DNA of 64,000 nt. It comes from an uncultured delta proteobacterium (GTDB lineage: Bacteria; Desulfobacterota; BSN033; UBA1163). The notes beneath the pieces are model-generated. The model saw nothing but the letters and a program-made list of their open reading frames with translations. It made no database searches and was not told the origin of the DNA. The position numbers and the translations under genes were made by a program. Shown here one piece after another: positions 60,757 through 64,000 of this stretch. Within the stretch, counting starts at the first letter, position 1. Each line of letters opens with the position of its first letter. The DNA is taken from positions 64,001 through 128,000 of the forward strand of contig CAWHBU010000002.1 in assembly GCA_963827685.1 (NCBI GenBank). Direction: 5' to 3'.

Positions 60757-61135
60757 TTCCTTCCTCTAATAGCACATGGGCCACGGCGTAGGGTCGGTCG
60801 TGGGAAAGGGTGAGAAGAGCCTTGTCAACTCGGAGGGTTTCATAAACCTCCTTTGCCTTTCGATGGAAGGAGAACATGGGTTTTCCCATGGGATCGTTCT
60901 CCACTTCGATATCCGTCCATTGGATGCCGTTTCGAAGCCCCCATCCAATGGCTTTGAGGAAAGCCTCTTTTGCCGCAAATCGGATGGCAAAACATTCAGG
61001 CGGCCGGGCCCGGTGTTGGCACCAGGCGATCTCTTTCTCTGTAAAGACCCGACCCAAAAAGAGATCGCCCCAGCGAGACATCAGATGCTCGATCCGATCA
61101 ATATTCACAATATCAATACCCGTTCCGATAATCAT
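60734..61135 (-). CDS. acpS: Holo-ACP synthase
   Basis: GTGIDIV, RFAAKEAFLKAIG, GKP, LSHD. Confidence 0.94.
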   Translation of the reverse strand: MIIGTGIDIVNIDRIEHLMSRWGDLFLGRVFTEKEIAWCQHRARPPECFAIRFAAKEAFLKAIGWGLRNGIQWTDIEVENDPMGKPMFSFHRKAKEVYETLRVDKALLTLSHDRPYAVAHVLLEEGNDESSDR

Positions 61136-61140
61136 AACTG

Positions 61141-61250
61141 AAGTTCGGAGTAATCAGTTCGGAGTTCGGAGAACTAAGCGTATGAATTGTTATGAGTTTC
61201 AGAATCTTCTGGTTTTTGACTCCGAACTCTGAACTCCGAACTCAAAACTC
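61141..61250. repeat. 7-bp-periodic hairpin abutting the pdxJ stop
   Basis: AGTTCGG AGTAATC AGTTCGG AGTTCGG ... ACTCCGA ACTCTGA ACTCCGA ACTCAAA ACTC. Confidence 0.8.
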
Positions 61251-61964
61251 TTATTTAATGAGGGCAATCATCTCTCGGACGGCTCGATCCAGACCTACCA
61301 AAACCGCCCGGGCAATAATGCTGTGGCCAATATTGAGTTCTTCGATTTCCTTGATTTCTGCAATCCGTCGGACATTGACATAATTCAGACCGTGCCCTGC
61401 TGCAATCTGGAGATCACGGTGAGAAGCCTCGGCGATTGCATCGAGAATCTTTTTTAACTCTCCATCTTCCTGGGAAGGAGTCTCTGCATCGCAGTAGTGA
61501 CCGGTATGAATTTCGATAACGTCAGCGCCTACATCTTCTGATGCTTTGATTTGGTCCTTTTTGGGATCAACAAAGAGGCTGACTGGGATTCCTCCTTTGT
61601 GGAGTCGTTGAATCGCCTTTTTAAGAGAGGGAAAGGATTTGATGACATCGAGGCCACCTTCTGTCGTCAATTCCTCCCTTTTTTCGGGAACAAGGGTGAC
61701 GATGCTTGGTTTGGTAGCCAGGGCAATGCGGATCATCTCTTCGGTTGCGCCCATTTCAAGATTCAATCGAGTTTGGATGATCTCCCTGAGAATTCGGAGG
61801 TCTCGATCCTGAATGTGGCGTCGATCCTCCCTCAGATGGCAAACAATTCCATCCGCTCCAGCCAATTCGACAATTCCTGCTGCTGCGGCAGGATCTGGAT
61901 ACATGACTCCTCGGGCTTGTCTGATTGTGGCGACATGATCGATGTTGACACCCAATCTCGGCAT
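61251..61964 (-). CDS. pdxJ: Pyridoxine 5'-phosphate synthase
   Basis: [42 protein letters not shown]. Confidence 0.96.
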   Translation of the reverse strand: MPRLGVNIDHVATIRQARGVMYPDPAAAAGIVELAGADGIVCHLREDRRHIQDRDLRILREIIQTRLNLEMGATEEMIRIALATKPSIVTLVPEKREELTTEGGLDVIKSFPSLKKAIQRLHKGGIPVSLFVDPKKDQIKASEDVGADVIEIHTGHYCDAETPSQEDGELKKILDAIAEASHRDLQIAAGHGLNYVNVRRIAEIKEIEELNIGHSIIARAVLVGLDRAVREMIALIK

Positions 61965-61980
61965 GATCCCCCCGGACTCG

Positions 61981-62040
61981 AATGTTGAAAGGGAAAAGTG
62001 GAAAGCGGTTTAACCACCTTCCACTCTCACCCTTCTACTT
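61981..62040. repeat. 7-bp-periodic hairpin containing the glmM stop
   Basis: GTTGAAA GGGAAAA GTGGAAA GCGG ... CCACCTT CCACTCT CACCCTT CTAC. Confidence 0.55.
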
Positions 62041-63390
62041 TCCAATGTATTTCTTTGCCAGTTTCACAAGGTCTTTGGCAAACCCATGGAGTTTTGTTTC
62101 GTCTTCTCCTTCGACCATGATCCGAAGGAGAGGTTCTGTCCCAGAGTAGCGAATCAAAATTCTTCCGGAATGGCCTAATGTCTTCTCAATCTCTCTGATC
62201 TTTCTTTCGATTTCCGGAAACCCAGAGAGGTTTTTCTTCTCTTTGACTTCTACGTTATAGAGAACCTGAGGAAGAGGTTCCATCACGTGGGTCAGTTCGT
62301 CTAAGGGACGTTCTTTCTGTTTCATGATGGCCAAAACTTGCAGGGCCGTCAGGACGCCATCGCAAGTCGTATTGTAATCCAAGAAGATGGTATGCCCTGA
62401 TTGTTCTCCTCCAAGGTTGAAACTTCCTCGGACCATCTCTTCGACCACATAACGATCTCCTACCTGAGTCCTGACGACTTTTCCCCCTGCGTTTTGCACC
62501 GTCCTGTCAAGCCCAATATTGCTCATGACGGTGGTGACCAATGTTCCCTTTTTCAACCTGTTTTCCGATAACATTTGAAGGGCACAGATTGCTAAAATAT
62601 AATCTCCATCTACCTGTCTTCCCTTTCGATCCACAAAAACGATCCGATCCGCATCCCCATCGAGAGCGATCCCGATATCTGCTTGCTTCTCCAGGACGAG
62701 ACGGCTGACGACTTCTGGATGAAGAGAACCACAGTTTTTATTAATATTTTCACCATCGGGTTCGGCCCCGATCGTGATCACCTCAGCCCCCAATTCCTCA
62801 AACACGGTGGGAGCGACTCGATAGGCGGCCCCGTTGGCACAATCTAAAGCAATTCGAAGCCCATCCAATGTTAAGTGGTTGGGAAACGTATTTTTGAGAA
62901 AGACCACATACCTCCCGATGGCGTCATCGATGCGATGAGCTTTTCCAACTGCACCCGCGGTGGGCCGAAGGGAGTGGAGATGATTCGAAAGGATGAGTTC
63001 TTCGATCCGGTGTTCGATCTCGTCTGGAAGCTTAAAACCGTCCTGAGAAAAAATTTTTATTCCATTATCGTAGTAAGGGTTGTGAGAAGCTGAGATCACC
63101 ACACCCGCGTTGGCCCTCATACTGGTGGTGATGAAAGCGATCCCAGGTGTGGGTAAAGGGCCCACCAACATTACATCAGCTCCCATGGAACAGATGCCAG
63201 AGGCCAACGCCGTTTCCAACATATATCCTGAGACCCGGGTATCCTTTCCTACCACGATCCGATGCCTTCCCTTTACCTCTTTAAAGATGTGGGCAATGGC
63301 CCTGCCCAACTGCATGGCGGTTTCCCCGGTCATAGGGTCTACATTGGCAACTCCTCGGATCCCATCCGTTCCAAATAGTTTACGTTTCAT
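62035..63390 (-). CDS. glmM: Phosphoglucosamine mutase
   Basis: [43 protein letters not shown]. Confidence 0.96.
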   Translation of the reverse strand: MKRKLFGTDGIRGVANVDPMTGETAMQLGRAIAHIFKEVKGRHRIVVGKDTRVSGYMLETALASGICSMGADVMLVGPLPTPGIAFITTSMRANAGVVISASHNPYYDNGIKIFSQDGFKLPDEIEHRIEELILSNHLHSLRPTAGAVGKAHRIDDAIGRYVVFLKNTFPNHLTLDGLRIALDCANGAAYRVAPTVFEELGAEVITIGAEPDGENINKNCGSLHPEVVSRLVLEKQADIGIALDGDADRIVFVDRKGRQVDGDYILAICALQMLSENRLKKGTLVTTVMSNIGLDRTVQNAGGKVVRTQVGDRYVVEEMVRGSFNLGGEQSGHTIFLDYNTTCDGVLTALQVLAIMKQKERPLDELTHVMEPLPQVLYNVEVKEKKNLSGFPEIERKIREIEKTLGHSGRILIRYSGTEPLLRIMVEGEDETKLHGFAKDLVKLAKKYIGK

Positions 63391-63466
63391 CCTTATTCAT
63401 CCATTCCTAACCGCTGAGGGGGCATTTTGTATTTGGCTTATCATAATTCCCAAATAAAGGTCAAGA

Positions 63467-63512
63467 TTTAATGCTAACGCATTTTATTCGCCCCCATAAA
63501 TGAGGGCGCTAC
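63467..63512 (-). repeat. GTAG-type REP, relative of 29037-29103
   Basis: Minus strand reads GTAG-CGCCCTCAT-TT-ATGGGGGCG-AATAAAA, just after the folP stop. Confidence 0.7.
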
Positions 63513-63514
63513 GC

Positions 63515-64000
63515 TTATCCTGCCAAACGAATGGCGTCGGCCACAACAATGGCCCTTTTTGCCTGGAGTACATCGTGACTACGAATGATATGGGCCCCGT
63601 TGAGAACACCGATAGCCATACTTGAAAGCGTCCCTTCCAGTCGATCTTCGACTTCGGCATTCAGAATTTTCCCGATGAAGCTTTTCCGTGATGTCCCCAA
63701 TAGGATAGGCTTCCCAAGTATACGGAATTCATGTAGATTTTTTATAATAAGAAGATTATCTTCAACAGTTTTTCCAAAGCCAATTCCAGGGTCAATGATA
63801 ATCTGCCGAGGGTCCAATCCGGCAGATTCTGCTCTCTGAATGGAATCCTTTAAGTACTGGAGTATTTCAGAAAAAAGGGAATCGTAGTGGACATTTTTCT
63901 GCATTGTTTCAGGGGTTCCTCGGATATGCATCAGGATAAGGGGAATATTCCCCTTTGCAGCCACCTTCGCAAGGCCTAGGTCAAAATGTAATCCACTGAT
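63515..64000 (-). CDS. folP: Dihydropteroate synthase (3' part; 5' end beyond the window)
   Basis: LMHIRGTP.TMQ, IDPGIGFGK, GTSRKSFIG, IRSHDV. Confidence 0.95.
   Translation of the reverse strand: MSGLHFDLGLAKVAAKGNIPLILMHIRGTPETMQKNVHYDSLFSEILQYLKDSIQRAESAGLDPRQIIIDPGIGFGKTVEDNLLIIKNLHEFRILGKPILLGTSRKSFIGKILNAEVEDRLEGTLSSMAIGVLNGAHIIRSHDVLQAKRAIVVADAIRLAG

Overview
This looks like a chromosomal window from an anaerobic Desulfobacterota/Deltaproteobacteria-like genome (inferred from gene content), in two parts. (1) Positions 1-21783 are a visibly AT-richer accessory region ending at the 3' end of tRNA-Thr(UGU). It carries a B12-dependent acyl-CoA mutase cluster with two divergent large subunits, decayed DNA and an EamA transporter. 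It also holds an integrative-element core: three 21-bp-period iterons, a Rep-like protein, a primase-polymerase/DnaB-helicase fusion, DUF5131, an RHH protein, a ~248-aa PCNA-like sliding-clamp candidate, a DUF3102-like protein, a 622-aa tandem-HTH protein, an Xis-like protein and a broken, apparently chimeric tyrosine integrase. One 23-32 bp box recurs three times upstream of element genes. (2) Positions 21784-64000 are backbone: rnr, mutY, an Lpl-LipT-LipS2-LipS1 lipoate-assembly operon, a UGA/SECIS selenoprotein, trpS, a hybrid kinase, pfk, an octaheme HAO-like cytochrome with qNOR, mlaEFD, adjacent IS200 and IS630 elements, comEA, cimA, lysC, tsaE, nnr, acpS, pdxJ, glmM and folP. The backbone is dense with palindromic REP/MITE-like elements and 6/7/8-bp-periodic hairpins that abut or supply stop codons, and some lie in frame inside genes. 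Four single-base frameshifts fall in only two sequence contexts and are probably sequencing artefacts. All family calls are by-eye motif recognition; no searches were run.
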